Source: Curvularia clavata (taxonomy: Eukaryota). Taken from it: 64,000 bases of DNA. Position numbers and translations under genes: made by a program. The DNA is taken from positions 3,410,001 to 3,474,000 of the forward strand of contig CP089274.1 of NCBI GenBank assembly GCA_023920165.1, in the 5' to 3' direction. A model generated the notes under the pieces. That model saw nothing but the letters and a program-made list of their open reading frames with translations. It was not told where the DNA came from and did no database searches. Positions 39,313 to 52,180 of this stretch are shown here, in pieces; within the stretch, counting starts at the first letter, position 1, and each line of letters starts with the position of its first letter.

Positions 39313-41538
39313 ATGCTGAACTGTCGTGCGTGCCTTTGGCGATGCATACAGGCGCTCGATGTCCCGACTATTAATGCGCACCGCCTGCGCCGCAATGTGA
39401 ATCCACTCCTCACCAAAGGCCACGAGCGGCTGCTCTCGACCCGCAATGCCGCACGGCAAGAAGACAATAATGAGGCGGGACAAGGCTCAACGAATAGGCA
39501 AGACCACTTTAAGGAGTCAGCCTTTGCGGCAAACCGAAAGAGAGCAGAATTTCTAGCGCTGCGGCAAAACCATGCACGAAGAGTCGACGAGACACCCAAC
39601 CTGGCCAGGTTAGGACGACGCGATCCCAGAATATCCGATAGCGATTGGAACAGGAGGAAGAGGGAGTTGCGGCATCTGCAGGATCCACTGGATCTGGCGA
39701 CCTTTGTCAAGCAGGAATTAGCCAAGGGCAAGGTCACGGAGATGCTGCAGTTGGTACGCATGGCCAGCAACTCAATGCAGTGCATTGTCAGTTGGAATCA
39801 TATTATCGATCACTATCTGGCCAAAGAGCGGGTCAACGATGCGCTCAAAGTGTACAACGATGTAGGTCTTGGGAAGAAATGAGCGAAGCGGGGCAATACT
39901 GACTCTCAACAGATGAAAAAACGGGCGCAATTCCCTGATTCCTACACATATACCATCCTGCTCCGAGGTCTGTCTATGAACGCGCACACATCTGGTGTTC
40001 TTAGCAAAGCCCTTTCTGTATATCACTCCCTATCCGCGCCAAATTCTCGGGTTCAGCCATCCATTATACATACAAATGCTGCCTTGAGAGTTTGTGCAAG
40101 AGCAGGTGACATGGATGCTCTATGGGGCGTCGCCGGAAAGATCGCTGAGAGTGGACCGGCGTCTGCGAATGCCATTACCTACATAACTATCATCAACGCC
40201 ATTCGTCAGAATTTGTTGATAAATGCACCAAAGGGGGAGAGCGAAGAAGAGACTGCAGCAAGGAAGGAGCGTGGTATCATAGAAGGGCGGCGCATGTGGG
40301 AGGATATTGTCAGGCGGTGGAGAAACGCAGATCTGGTCATTGACGAAGAGCTAGTTTGCGCAATGGGCAGACTGCTGCTTGTCGGCAGCCGACCACGGGA
40401 CTGGGACGACGTTCTTTCTCTAGTGGAGCAGACAATGGACATCCCACGACTTATACCCCGACTCGGCACCGTAGAGCGACAAGCCGCAGGTTTCCCGCGC
40501 TTACGCGCCCCGAACGTACCAACACAGTACCGCTTCGACGACGACCATCTTTCACCAGACAATACATCCACTCGCGGAGATGAATTCCTTCCTCTGAAAC
40601 TCCATAGCATGACTGGCGGCCTACCACATGCCCTAGTATTCGCTCGGCCGGGCAACAACACACTCTCCCTGGTTCAGGAGGCTTGTCAGAAGATTGTTGC
40701 GAACAAGGTCGCAGAAGAATATTGGGAACTTCTAACTGATACAAGGACCTACAATATCGTTCCTGATCTCAACAATTTGCACATGCGCTTGCGGAACTTT
40801 CGCCTGAACCGCGCGTCTGCTGCAGCGGTTCAATTGTTACGGCAAGACATGATGGACAAGGGCATTAAGCCGCGACCTGGCACTTTCAGGATTGCCATGA
40901 GTACTTGTGTTCGCGACAAGAACAACCACAATTCTCTCAAACACGCCGGTCAAATTCTGAACATGATGTTGAAGACTTTGGAGGATATAGATCCGAAGAC
41001 CATAACCATGTACGCAGAACTTGCGATCAGCTTCCCTCTTGCCAAGGGTTCAGACCTAGTTGATGCGCTCACTATCCTTGCCCCTATCTCGAAGAACATT
41101 CGCCTTCAATTAGGCGTTGGTGCTGGCCAGAAGGGATACAAGAGAGGTCCTCAGTATTTGAAGGGGGAGGAGAGGCACGATGCAGTTATTGCACTAAGAA
41201 GGATTCATGGTGTGTATGACAGGTTGCTGTTTAGCAACTTGATAGCCGAGGAGATGAAAATCCCATTCAAAGCTGAGAGAGCGCGACTGTCTGCTTTTAT
41301 CCAAAGGATACTGTTCCAAGATGGGCATTCCAAATTGAAGGAGGATGTCGAGGAGGCGGCGCCAGTAGAGGAAGCAGATTTGCACGGGTATCTTCAGAAA
41401 GAGGCTGGGCAAGGAGAAGCGGAAGAAGGCGAGAAAGACGACGGCAGACCGGAGTGGAAAAAACAGTGGGTAGAACAGGTGGAGCGGCCGGCACGACGTG
41501 GAAAGTTGAAAGTCTCATCAGCTACGACAGACATGTAA
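39313..41538 (+). CDS. Pentatricopeptide-repeat-like protein, probably mitochondrial; exons 39313-39861 and 39913-41538
   Basis: Presequence-like MLNCRACLWRCIQAL. PPR-type motifs VSWNHIIDHYLAKERVNDALKVYNDMKKRAQFPDSYTYTILLRGL and IIHTNAALRVCARAGDMDALW. Confidence 0.85.
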
Positions 41539-41804
41539 GATATGTCACTCATGAAGCATTTTTTATGATAGTATGACCTAGAAAAATCTTGTACAATATT
41601 ACCATACCATTCTCGATCATATCTACACTGAATATTAGGGTCATAAGTATTACATTGTAGTAGTGATGGCACGTGCACATCCCAGAACTACTCGAACCTC
41701 CGCGCGTTCGCCGCATCTGTCTTCCACTTTCGCAACTTCCAGCCAATACATCATTCATTCACCACAACAGCACTATACACATACCCAGCGCACAACTGGA
41801 GAAG

Positions 41805-42867
41805 ATGGGAAACGATGGTGGATCTATTCCTAAACGCAGCGAGCTTGTCAAAGAAGCCGCGAAAGCCCTGACAACGGCGCAAATCAAAGAGGCGCAAACC
41901 GAACAACAAGAATACGCTTGGTCCACCGATCCTCTGACGCGCAAACCGCTCGCTCGACCCGTTGTGTCGGATGCGGCGGGAATTCTCTACAACAAAGACT
42001 CCATCATTGAGTTCCTGTTAAAGGAAGACGGAGATGCGGAAAAGGCTGAAATGAAGAAGATTGGGGGCGTCAAGGATTCTGAGTTGGGTACTTTTGGTGA
42101 CAGAGTCAGGGGACTCAAGGACGTCGTCGAAGTCAAATTCGAGATAGAGAATGCAGAGGATGGCGCAAAGGGCTCCGGCGAGAAATGGAAATGCCCGATC
42201 ACTGGGGAGAGATTGGGGGCAGGAAGCAAGGCAGTATACATTGTGCCTTGCGGGCACGCTTTTGCAGGGAGCGTGATTAAAGAGATTGATGAGAGGGCCT
42301 GCCTCACAGTAAGTTTCATTCTAACCTCCAGTTCCTTAAGAGGTTTTACAAATACAAATGGTTCTAACTCGCAAGCAGTGCAGCGAGCCCTACGCCGAGA
42401 ACGACGTCATTCCCATCCTCCCCACCGCCCCAACTGACATCGCGCGCCTGAATCTACGATTGAAAACGCTCAAGGAGAAGGGTCTCACGCACGCGCTGAA
42501 AAAAGCGCCCGGCAGCAAAAAGAAGCGCAAGCACGCTGATACCGCCACCGCTACCAACGGCGACGCAAACGAACCCAGGACTTCCACAAAACCCTCCTCT
42601 TCTTCCGACGAGGAAAAGAAAGCCAAAACGAACAAGGAAAACGGAACAACCAAACCGACACCTGCTTCAACTGATAGTGGTATCAAGAACAGCGCCACCG
42701 CGTCGCTGACAAGAAAAGTGCTGCAGGAGCAGGAAGAAAGGAATAAGCGGAGAAAGATGGCGCAGAATGAAAATGTGAATAGCTTGTTTAGCAAGTCGGA
42801 ACATAAGGCTGCCAAGGGGAATAGTGCGGATTTTATGACGAGAGGGTTTAGTATTGGGAAGAAGTGA
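41805..42867 (+). CDS. RTF2: Replication termination factor 2 (Rtf2, RING-like); exons 41805-42308 and 42379-42867
   Basis: MGNDGGSIPKRSELVK, LYNKDSIIEFLL, LKDVVEVKF, CPITG, VPCGHAF, CLTCSEPYAENDVIPI and C-terminal DFMTRGF. Confidence 0.9.
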
Positions 42868-43311
42868 AGGGGGAACGGCCGATGTTTTACAGATAAAAAG
42901 GATGATGGCGAGGACAATGATACCCTGATATTACTTTTGAGTTTGGAGATGAAGTCTTGAGTGAAGTGAGTCATGTCTTTGCTGTCAAATTTAGTGAATC
43001 TCGGCGTTGCTATTGCATACATCACTATAGTAGAGGGTTGGCATGAATTGACTTGATTCAACTGTATGCCTTTCGCGATGAGCTTCTTAAATAGTACTTC
43101 TCGGACTGTCTAGCATGATATACTTCATCCCGCCCGTCATTACTCATAACTAACAGGTCAGATATGTGTATCTGAGATCCTGTGGCGTCTCCACATCTTG
43201 CCAGTAACAAGAGCAACACACAAACGAAAACATCCCGCTCTCTAAGCATAAATGGTCTTACATCGTAACTTGCTACCAATGTTCAAGCCTCTTCCCAAAT
43301 GGCGCCAACGT

Positions 43312-45594
43312 CTAGGCCCCCACATTGGTTTTTGGAGCCTCCTCTACCGGAGCCTCTCCGACCTTGGCTTTTACAGCTTCTTCTACCTTTGGCTCAGGTG
43401 ACGGCGCTTCTTCGATAATCTCATCAAAGATACCACCTTCTGGTTCTTGGCCCGTACCAATCGCCCGAAGAATCCTCCACGCCCTGCGGAACTCGTCTCG
43501 GATAGCGACTATGCCACGGTGCGTCACTGTTCGCGCGACGTTGTGATCCGTCTCGAAGGGGTCTTCTATGGCGAAGAGATACCGGTTCGTGACCTTCTTT
43601 TCGGCAGTAATCTTCGTTATTGCACTGACCCACCCTTTGCTCTGCTTCGAAAGGATACCACCTGGCGTGCGAAGCGAAAGAACTTCGTTTGTCCAGTGGA
43701 ACTGGGGCGGTCTTGGGTAGCCGTAGCCAGATAAAGCAGCATAGTATTGGAAGAAGCCACGCAGCAACTCTCCGATTGATTGCGTATTCTGCGTCAGACG
43801 GCCTTCTTTTGCTGCCTGTATAATCTCCTCTTCGTTGCGCCAGAAGCGGACTAGATAGCCAGAGATTGTCGTGTTCTTGAAGTATTGCTCCAGAGCAGCC
43901 GCGTCAGTGGGCAGTGGTAAGTTGTGCTGAAGATTTGGGCATACCGGCGGCGTTGCAATATTGACGAGGTAGTGCAGCACCATAAGCACCCATCCATACG
44001 AGGAAAGGGTACCGGAATAGGCGCTGTTGATTTTGCGGCGCTTAGCCCAGGACTTGACGAAGAGAACCATGGGCCGTACCCGAGGATCAGTCAGAGAGTA
44101 ACAACGGAGCATGTGAGTGTTTTGGATGCCAAGCGGGTTTGCGAAGTTGATGTCGCATTGGATACCACAGCCAGTCTTGGGAAAGTCCAGAGGACCAATT
44201 ACCTTTTCCCGCGTCCAAGATTTCTCAGAGCGATTCTGTTGGTCTTTCTTGGCTTTCTGCTCTGTCCCATCACTACCGGCTTCATCTGTTTTCGCAGCGG
44301 GTTGGGGAGATGTGGCCTCTGGAGGCTTTGTCTCCGTTCGAGCCTTCTGTAGGAAGGCAGCTCTTTCCACTAGGTCTGCCCAATTGGCTTCCCAATCTCG
44401 ATCGGTAGTCACTGCTAGATGAGCAGCGAATATCAGTTCATCATCAGTGTCTTTGAATTCCTTGCGAGCAGCAATGTTCCGCTCGTCATCAGCAGGCTCG
44501 AACAACTTGCGGGTAGAGAGTATCAACTCATAATCACTGTCTTTGAATAGCTTTGACCGTGGTAGTAGCTTCATTGGCTGATCTGAAGGGTACTTTTCTT
44601 CTTCAGGGAGGTTGTCCCATTTGCTACGTTCCTCGGTAAGGGCCGTGTACAATGTCTCGGTTGGATGCTGGCAGATCTTCAGAATAGGCACGCGCGTCCG
44701 TGTGAGCAGTCGGCCACCAAACTTTGCATCAAGCACTGCTCGCTCCAACAAACGTGGAACGCTACGATCAATCGCAGTATCATTGGATCTGGTGGGATCT
44801 TTCCATTCTGGTATGACTGCAAGGTCCATATCTGAGCCAGGAAGCCCAAAGCCCGATGCCAGACTGCCAAAGCCGACGAGAGAGATGTTCACTATGTCTC
44901 CCGAGTAGTCCCTGGCAAGTGCTTCTCGCATGATCGCTTCCAGTTGCCGCCTGAACTCCTCTTTGGACTCCAACTCGGACATGGACATTTCAACTTTGGG
45001 AATCTCTTCTGAAGCAATTGTTTCGAGATGTTGGATCTGAGCCTGGGGGTTTTCCTGTGGCTGGATTCTCTGTGTGTGAGGCATATGCGAGTTGAATGGG
45101 CGAGTATCTCCTGGTGGTCGTTGGAGAAATCTTGGAGGATGTGCACGGGGTGTGCCATCTGCATTTGAGTTCCACTGCTGATGAGGCGTCCTGAATGGTC
45201 TAGAAACTTGTTGCGCTTGATTGCCTGGAGGCAAGTCACTTCCAGGCGCGCTATAGAAATTTGCCGAGGACTGCTGATATCGCTGATTGGGGTAGTGTCC
45301 CCGTCCGCCCCCTCTGGGGTGAGGAGTGTTCATTGAGTCGTTCGCATGTTGCCTTTGATTTTGAGCCTGAGTTTGACTCAGAGCAGAGTGATCCTGATGG
45401 GAACCATCAGTGCCACTGGAAAAGCTCCCGCGTCCTCTGCCTCTACCTCGGCCCCGGCCTCGTCCTCGCCCGCGGCCGCGATTCGTGAACTGGGGTTCTT
45501 GGCTGATCGGTCCACCTATGCTCACATTACTAAGTATCATGTTGCGCAACTGGCTCTCCAGTCCAGTGGAATGTGATGAAGTTGTCTGCTCCAT
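43312..45594 (-). CDS. Cid1-family non-canonical poly(A)/poly(U) polymerase (terminal uridylyltransferase-like)
   Basis: GFGSLASGFGLPGSDMDL catalytic motif, RTRVPILK, CDINFAN, VKSWAKRRKIN..GTLSSY and nucleotide-recognition loop AIEDPFETDHNVAR. Confidence 0.88.
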   Translation of the reverse strand: MEQTTSSHSTGLESQLRNMILSNVSIGGPISQEPQFTNRGRGRGRGRGRGRGRGRGSFSSGTDGSHQDHSALSQTQAQNQRQHANDSMNTPHPRGGGRGHYPNQRYQQSSANFYSAPGSDLPPGNQAQQVSRPFRTPHQQWNSNADGTPRAHPPRFLQRPPGDTRPFNSHMPHTQRIQPQENPQAQIQHLETIASEEIPKVEMSMSELESKEEFRRQLEAIMREALARDYSGDIVNISLVGFGSLASGFGLPGSDMDLAVIPEWKDPTRSNDTAIDRSVPRLLERAVLDAKFGGRLLTRTRVPILKICQHPTETLYTALTEERSKWDNLPEEEKYPSDQPMKLLPRSKLFKDSDYELILSTRKLFEPADDERNIAARKEFKDTDDELIFAAHLAVTTDRDWEANWADLVERAAFLQKARTETKPPEATSPQPAAKTDEAGSDGTEQKAKKDQQNRSEKSWTREKVIGPLDFPKTGCGIQCDINFANPLGIQNTHMLRCYSLTDPRVRPMVLFVKSWAKRRKINSAYSGTLSSYGWVLMVLHYLVNIATPPVCPNLQHNLPLPTDAAALEQYFKNTTISGYLVRFWRNEEEIIQAAKEGRLTQNTQSIGELLRGFFQYYAALSGYGYPRPPQFHWTNEVLSLRTPGGILSKQSKGWVSAITKITAEKKVTNRYLFAIEDPFETDHNVARTVTHRGIVAIRDEFRRAWRILRAIGTGQEPEGGIFDEIIEEAPSPEPKVEEAVKAKVGEAPVEEAPKTNVGA

Positions 45595-46243
45595 TTTGTT
45601 GGGTTAGTGGAGTGATGGTTTAGTCTCTTTTCTTTTGAAGTCTCTGCTGCCCGCAGAAGATGACGGTTGCAAAGGCCAGAACTGTCTCGATGTATTCTTC
45701 TTTCCAAGAATATGGCGGTGTGATTGTATGCTCTTGAGGAACAATCGCTCTAGTAGCAGGCCAGTTCCTCCTTTGAGGTTTCTTGTGGCGGTTGCAATGT
45801 CACCGTTACAGGCCCGAGGCCCTTGGCTGAGGCCGCCGCACTCTGACTACACGGGTGCCTAGAGTGGAGTGAGAAGTCGATATTTTTCTGGCTCAGCCTC
45901 CATGTGTCCAAGAGACTTTGATTCCGACCGCGCCCCTGTTGGTGCAAGCAAGCGCAAACTGTTGGTTACAATTAATGGCAATGCTTGAACTGTTGGTCAT
46001 AGTGGCACTATGGGGGGGCTGAGGGCAGGGCAGGGCAGGGCAGGGCCTCACGGTGAGCGTTTGGCCTTGGCGCGCTAATCGACTAGCGTGGAGCTGTGAC
46101 GTTCCAACTGCGGTTCGGTCTCGAAACACAACGCTCCTTGGGACAAAGGCGACTTTCTTCGTCTCCGGCCAGTCTTTATCTGCCCACCTGCTGCCCACCT
46201 GCTTCCTTCATTCTTGTCTCCATCTCAACAGCCACGCTCCACG

Positions 46244-48379
46244 ATGAACGGCGTCATGAATGGAAGCCAACAGCCTGCTGCTGCCCCTGCTGCGCCTGTC
46301 GCCTCAAATGGCCAGCAGCAGACGCAGACGCAGACGCAACCGCAGCAGCAGGCACCTGTTCGCCGCCGTCGCCCGCGCCCCCAAGCCGATGTCCTGCGAA
46401 AGCCGCGTCGCCCACTGCAGAACATCACGAAGCCCATGGTATCTTTATCGAAGATGAACGAAAGCAGGAAGCCTCCGCCAGGTCCCGCGGCCGATGGCAC
46501 TCATTCCAAAGACGCGCTGCGACAGGAGTATCTTGACAAAGGTGCTACCGTCTTTCCGCTCATTGTCAGCCGCAAGGACCTGAAAGAACTGCGACACCAT
46601 GTTATGCGGCTCCAGAGCAAGAGTCACGTTGATATTACCGATGAGAAACAGTTCACGCCACCCATCAAACTCCATCGCCGCGACCCCCGCGCGCCCCCAA
46701 GCGGAATAGGATCACACTACGAAGAAGAAGACACAAAAGAGGACCTGGAAGAGATCAAAGAGCGTGAGCGCATTGAACAGCAGAAGGAAGAGCGCCGCAA
46801 GGTACGCGAGGAGAACCAGGCCAAGATTGCGCCCACTGGCATGAAGAAGCCTCCTGCCTTCCAGAAGAAGACAGAGCAGAAGTACCGGCCCGATGATACC
46901 CCAGAAGCAAAGAAGCGGCAACTGTTGCGCTACGAAGAGACGCTGCCATGGCACTTGGAAGATTATGAGAACAAGCAGACGTGGGTAGGCACCTACGAGT
47001 CAGAGCTATCCGAGACACACGTCATGCTCACAGCTACACGGCCTGGCGATCCGAGCACAGCCATACAGATGGCGCCCATGGAGCGCTGGTACAGATTCAA
47101 CGTCAAGGGCAAGATCAAAGCGGCGGGTGATGATGTAGACAAAATCCTGGCCAAGGTCGAGAGCGGCGGGCCTAGATTCTTTGCTGAGCTTGAGAGGCGT
47201 CAAGTAGAGCGTGCCAAGGCTGAAGAAGAAGCAAGAAAGTTCAGTGGAGTGCGCACACGTGTGGGCGGTGGTGCAGACGACGAGGGCCGAATCAAGCGGG
47301 AACGTCCTGGCGAAGATACATTCCGGCCCAAGCTGGAGGTTGATGCTGATGATATCGATTTCAACCTTGAAGAAGACTTTGCAGATGATGAAGAAGGTCT
47401 CAACGGTCTCTTTGAGGGTGAGGAGCAGGACGTCAAAGAAGCAGCTGAGAAGCTGAAACGCGACCAACTACAAGCAGCACTTTGGGATCGTCCTGATGAG
47501 GAAGCCCTAGCTCAAAAGGAAGAAGAGGACCGAAAGCTTGCCGAGGAAACAAGAGCTATGGAGAAGATCACGCGCAAGACACTAGCCAAACGCGAGAAGC
47601 AATACGACTATCTCGACAGCGACCCTGAGAATCCCTACCTTACTGAGAGTGAATCAGATACTGACTCTGAAGCGGAGCGACAGCAAGCAAAGGAAGAGGC
47701 GGAGAAGAAAGCCGCTGAGCAAAATGGCAAAGCACCAGAAGCTGGCAATGTTCCGTCTGGTGCATCCACCAAGGGCTCTAACACTCCTTCAGGGAACCAT
47801 AAGCCAGGGGAATCCAAGAGCAAGAAACGGCCCGGCTCGCCCAACCTTTCGGAAGCTAGTGGCAACGAATCGTCGCGTAAGAAGCACAAGAAGAAACACC
47901 ACGATAAGCTGGCTGATGGGTCTCGAAAATCCACTCTCGGTAATCTCAAGGGCGCAGGTTCTGGTAGTGACAGTGAGATGACCGACGCTGGTAAGAAGCG
48001 CAAGAAAGAAAAGAAAGAGAAGAATCGCCTCATGCATGGCGGATCTCCTGTCGGCACTCCTGGTGCCAGCCGAGCAGGCAGCCCAGCAGCGAATGGCAGC
48101 CGCGCTGGCAGCCCGTCGGGCGGCCCATCCAGACCTCCTCTACCTTCTGCAAAAGAGATTTACGAATCATTGCCACCTCAAGGCATGAACATTCAAAATC
48201 TCATTGTGAAGTTCAAAGGTCGTGTTGACAAAAGCAACACGCAACTGTTTATCAAGCTGGTCAAGGCTGTCTCTAGCTTTGACAAAGCGAAGAGTTGGCT
48301 CACGCCATTGGAGAAGATGCCGTCTGAAGATCAAATCAACGCATTTATGAATACTGCCAATGCACCCAGACCTACGTAG
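46244..48379 (+). CDS. TFG1: Transcription initiation factor IIF large (alpha) subunit
   Basis: LRHHVMRLQS, PIKLHRRDPR, LRYEETLPWHLED, TWVGTYE, ERWYRF, acidic DIDFNLEEDFADDEE and a charged C-terminal region. Confidence 0.88.
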   Translation: MNGVMNGSQQPAAAPAAPVASNGQQQTQTQTQPQQQAPVRRRRPRPQADVLRKPRRPLQNITKPMVSLSKMNESRKPPPGPAADGTHSKDALRQEYLDKGATVFPLIVSRKDLKELRHHVMRLQSKSHVDITDEKQFTPPIKLHRRDPRAPPSGIGSHYEEEDTKEDLEEIKERERIEQQKEERRKVREENQAKIAPTGMKKPPAFQKKTEQKYRPDDTPEAKKRQLLRYEETLPWHLEDYENKQTWVGTYESELSETHVMLTATRPGDPSTAIQMAPMERWYRFNVKGKIKAAGDDVDKILAKVESGGPRFFAELERRQVERAKAEEEARKFSGVRTRVGGGADDEGRIKRERPGEDTFRPKLEVDADDIDFNLEEDFADDEEGLNGLFEGEEQDVKEAAEKLKRDQLQAALWDRPDEEALAQKEEEDRKLAEETRAMEKITRKTLAKREKQYDYLDSDPENPYLTESESDTDSEAERQQAKEEAEKKAAEQNGKAPEAGNVPSGASTKGSNTPSGNHKPGESKSKKRPGSPNLSEASGNESSRKKHKKKHHDKLADGSRKSTLGNLKGAGSGSDSEMTDAGKKRKKEKKEKNRLMHGGSPVGTPGASRAGSPAANGSRAGSPSGGPSRPPLPSAKEIYESLPPQGMNIQNLIVKFKGRVDKSNTQLFIKLVKAVSSFDKAKSWLTPLEKMPSEDQINAFMNTANAPRPT

Positions 48380-48550
48380 GAAACCATAATGTGAGGGAGG
48401 GTTTTTGTACAATAGTTTTCACGCGTGATAGATGAAGGATTGGAGAGTTTTTAGATTGCAATACTCATACCAGCACATAGGCGAATGTAAAATTACAACG
48501 AATCACGATGTAGCTGAGTCCTTGATTCAATTAACAGTTTGTTAAATGCG

Positions 48551-50485
48551 TTATCTTGCCTTGTCTTTTGTTGCTGTATGCGTTTCTTCGTGTTGAATCT
48601 TGATACCTTCTTCCAATGGACTTCCTCTCCCTTCCTCAGCCGCAAGCTCATCCAACATCTTTTCGTTTGTTCCTCTTTTACTCTCCTCTACTTTTCCTGG
48701 CCCATGTAAAGGCTTATCTTTCGTCTTCCCATCTGCGCTTTCTCTGTCCTTCTTCTTCATACTCCAACCGCCGCTCCATCCTAGCCAGCCCTCTTCCCAC
48801 GGACCTCTTGCCAACATCACGCATATGGCCGCACTCACAAACCCCACACTCATACTCCCACTTCCAATCCAGCCTGCTCGGGCATACACATGATTGCCTC
48901 CCGCGGTACCAATCAGCTGACCAATGAAGGTAAAAATCATAAACGCCGTGTTAACGCCATTGCGCCGTTTAGGCTCAACACTATAGATGGCCGAGCGATT
49001 CGCAATTTGGGCCGTCTGGTTCCCAAAGTCTGTGAGCAACGCCTGCAGTACCGGGCCTGCGACAGTAAAAGTCCCAGTATAGGTACCCAAGCACACGCCG
49101 ATGAGCGAGAGTGACAAGCCGAAGAAGACGGAAAAATGCGGTACAAAGCGATCTGTGACTGTGCGCGCGTAAATGGGTGACATGAGCATGCCGGATATGC
49201 CTATCAAGCCGAAGAGGCCGATTGTAAGCGACGAGTAGTGGTAAGGCTCGCCGGCAAGCAAAAATGTCAAAGTCGTCCAGAAGGAAGTGAAGGGTGCGCT
49301 TGTTAGCAAAGCTGCGAGACAGGCTTGTACTAGGACAGGGTGTCGACCCAGCATCTTGACGATATCAAGTAGGATCCTAAAGTAATTCATGCCAGGGTTT
49401 GTGGCGGGGTAGTCTGGCATGAAGAGCCAGAGCAAGACGAATATGATATACTGTAGTACGAGTGCCATCCAGTAGACTGCGCGCCAGCTTGTGTAGTTTG
49501 AAATGGTACCAGAGAGTACGCGGGCTACGAGAACACCAAGCATCAGGCCTGAAACGACGACCGAAAGGGCTGCAGCACGGCGTGAGGGCGGCGCGAGGTC
49601 TCCGACTAGAGGAAGCATGAGTTGCGGAGTTACTGTAGTGATAGCTACTATGAAGGATATGGCTGTAAAGGTGTTGAGGTCGTTTGTCAGACACAGAATC
49701 AACCTAGATTGCCTTGTCAATTGTCGAAAATAAATGCAAAACAAGGAGAAGAAACTTACCACATTGTTGCTGTGAGCCCTACTAATCCGCACACAAATGG
49801 CCTTCTGGGAAGCAAGTCGCCCAACGGACACAGAAATAGCAGGCCAGCCGCGTAACCTGCTTGCATGACAGTGGGAATCTGGGCGACCTGCTCATACCGG
49901 ACATTAAAGTCTTTAGCAAGGAGGTTAAGAATAGGATGGTTGTAGTAGAGGTTTGCAACTGTGAAGCCAGCAGCAAAAGCAAAGAGGACATTCACTGCTT
50001 ACTTGTTAGACAAATCTATCGCTAATTTCTATCAGGAGTTGTGTAGAAAACCGAGTGAGCAAGTTACTTTGATAAGGAAATACAATATCTTATTTCCAAC
50101 AAAGCAAGACTTTTGGTTTCCACTAATATCATTTACTGACGTTGAGAAAAGACGAGCAAAAACAAAAACAGGTTGCAGAAGGAAAAAACAACGTACTGCT
50201 CATGGAAAACTGTGGTGGCCTATCAGGGTCCCAACGGCAATTCGGTGGCGTCCAGTTGAGGATTTCCCAGACTGTTCTCCATGTCGATGATTTCCCTTGC
50301 GCTTCATTCTCTGCAACAACATCTCTTTCTGCTTCACCCACAAAATCGCCTGCTTTCTGCGTGGAGTCTGATATCGTCGACGGTGTCTGAGCTGCCTTAT
50401 TGCCGTTTTTAGATAGCGCTAGATCAATCGCCCCGCGTTGCGACCTCGGCGATTCTCCCGAAGATAAGCTTTTGTTCGCGAACAT
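48551..50485 (-). CDS. Major facilitator superfamily transporter; exons 50485-50197, 49994-49760, 49703-48551
   Basis: FTVANLYYNHPIL, QAGYAAGLLFLCPLGD, TVTPQLMLPLVGDLAP and multiple hydrophobic helices. Exons join in frame. Confidence 0.88.
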
Positions 50486-50867
50486 GCCCCGGCTTTTGTA
50501 AACTTTGTACTAGATGCGACTGAAGCAGGATAAGTAAGAAGAGGGCAATCGTGAGGGAAAAAAAGATGGGATGGAGGAAGTAAACAAAGCAGAAGAGCTA
50601 TGCAAGCGAAGCACATAGGGCAACCGAGCTAGTATCATTAATCGATGACGGAATCCTCGGGAAGCGGTTCGGCTTCGGGCTTCGGGGGGAAGGAGATGTT
50701 TGAATTGCTGCGAGGAGCCGGTATCTGTAAGACCGTTGTCGCGATGTCCCGCATCGCTGCCAATCGGAGTACACTAGTGTGCATATGGGGTACGCTGTGA
50801 CGCAAGAGGGAAAGATCAGCAGGAAACATGGTGCCTTTGTGGTACTCTACTTGTTGTTGTGACGCGC

Positions 50868-52180
50868 TTAAACAATTTCCACGATCTTCTCATCTTCGTC
50901 CTCTTCTTCTTCATTCCCCATTGCTATCATTCTCCCGCTACCGCCGGCGCTCGCCATGTCGGGTATTTCCTCCTCTTCGCCCTCCTCTTTGCGCATGATA
51001 ACCTGCACCACGCGGTCGCATGCCTCTCGTACCCCTTCATCATCCACGTGTAAATGACATTCCCTGACAATTGGGTATACTTTGACCCGTCTTAAGACCT
51101 CTCTGCTTTCCTTGGTTGTACTCAAGAGCAATAGTGTCTCCAAATGTGTCTTGATAATCTCCACGTCCTTCTCTCTCTCCTTGTCGGGCTCAAGAAGCTG
51201 TAGCTCGTCCAGCATACCTTCTGTGTCGTCATCGGCATATTCCTCTGGTCCCATGAGCGGAAGGAGGATATAGGGTAGGAGGTTTGCGCCTATCGAAGGC
51301 GGTGGGAGGTTCGGATCAGGCGACAGATTCGAAATCAGAACTGGATGCGCTGGGACATGGAAGGCGACATTCTTGATTGTCGAGGCTACACCGAGACGTC
51401 GAATGTGCGAAGCATGATCAGTGAAAACCTGGATCTTGGTAATAGGAATAATGTTGTCGTCATGCTCTTGGGGCGAGGTGAGGTACTCGCGCCCTTTTGG
51501 GAATTTCGCCAAATCAGCGAAGAAGTATGACAGGTAGTCGAAGTCTGCGTTTTTGTTATATGCGCCCTTGGCACCCTTGACAAAGCAGTCCATGAGCTGG
51601 TCCATTGCCCAAGCAGACTTGGATAGATCTTTTGGAATGTCGCGTTTCAGTTCCAGTACCCGTTGTAGAGAGTCGTCCTTGGCCATGTTGGCGAGGAGCA
51701 TAGCGATCTCATTTGCATTTGGTTCCTTGGGGTTCTATGACCAGTCAGCATGTAGCATCTTTGTTGTCTGACTGGGGAACTGACATACGGTTATCCGCGA
51801 TAGTACTGTCTCTAGAAATTCGTCGTCCTTTGCAAGCGCCTTTTGAACTTCTGCGTCGGCAGAAACGTTGATGAGAATGGTGAGGGCATTCTTCGCGATG
51901 GGCGCATAGTCTCTGACAAGAAGCTTGAGGTCTTTGATGGGCTCCAGCTGATTGCGTTTCCAGAGCGCCGGGTTTGACTGTGAGTATCCGACCAGATGTT
52001 CGGCCGCTACATAGTGTAAGCAGCGTTTCGTGGCGGGGTGAAGGAGGGGCTCTGACCAGTCTGTCTGATCTGCGTGTTGCCGTGGTGCAGGAACTCGACA
52101 AGCTGGAACAGGCACGTTAGCGTGAATGCGGCTCAAGCAGACGCTCTATAATTACTCACCTCTTCTAATTCTGACGGCAT
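50868..52180 (-). CDS. HGH1: Hgh1 (eEF2 chaperone, FAM203 family), multi-exon
   Basis: MPSELEE micro-exon, LVEFLHHGNTQIRQ, MLLANMAK, YNKNADFDYLSYFFADL, RRLGVASTIKNVAF, LLPYILLPL and VYPIVRECHL. Confidence 0.9.
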
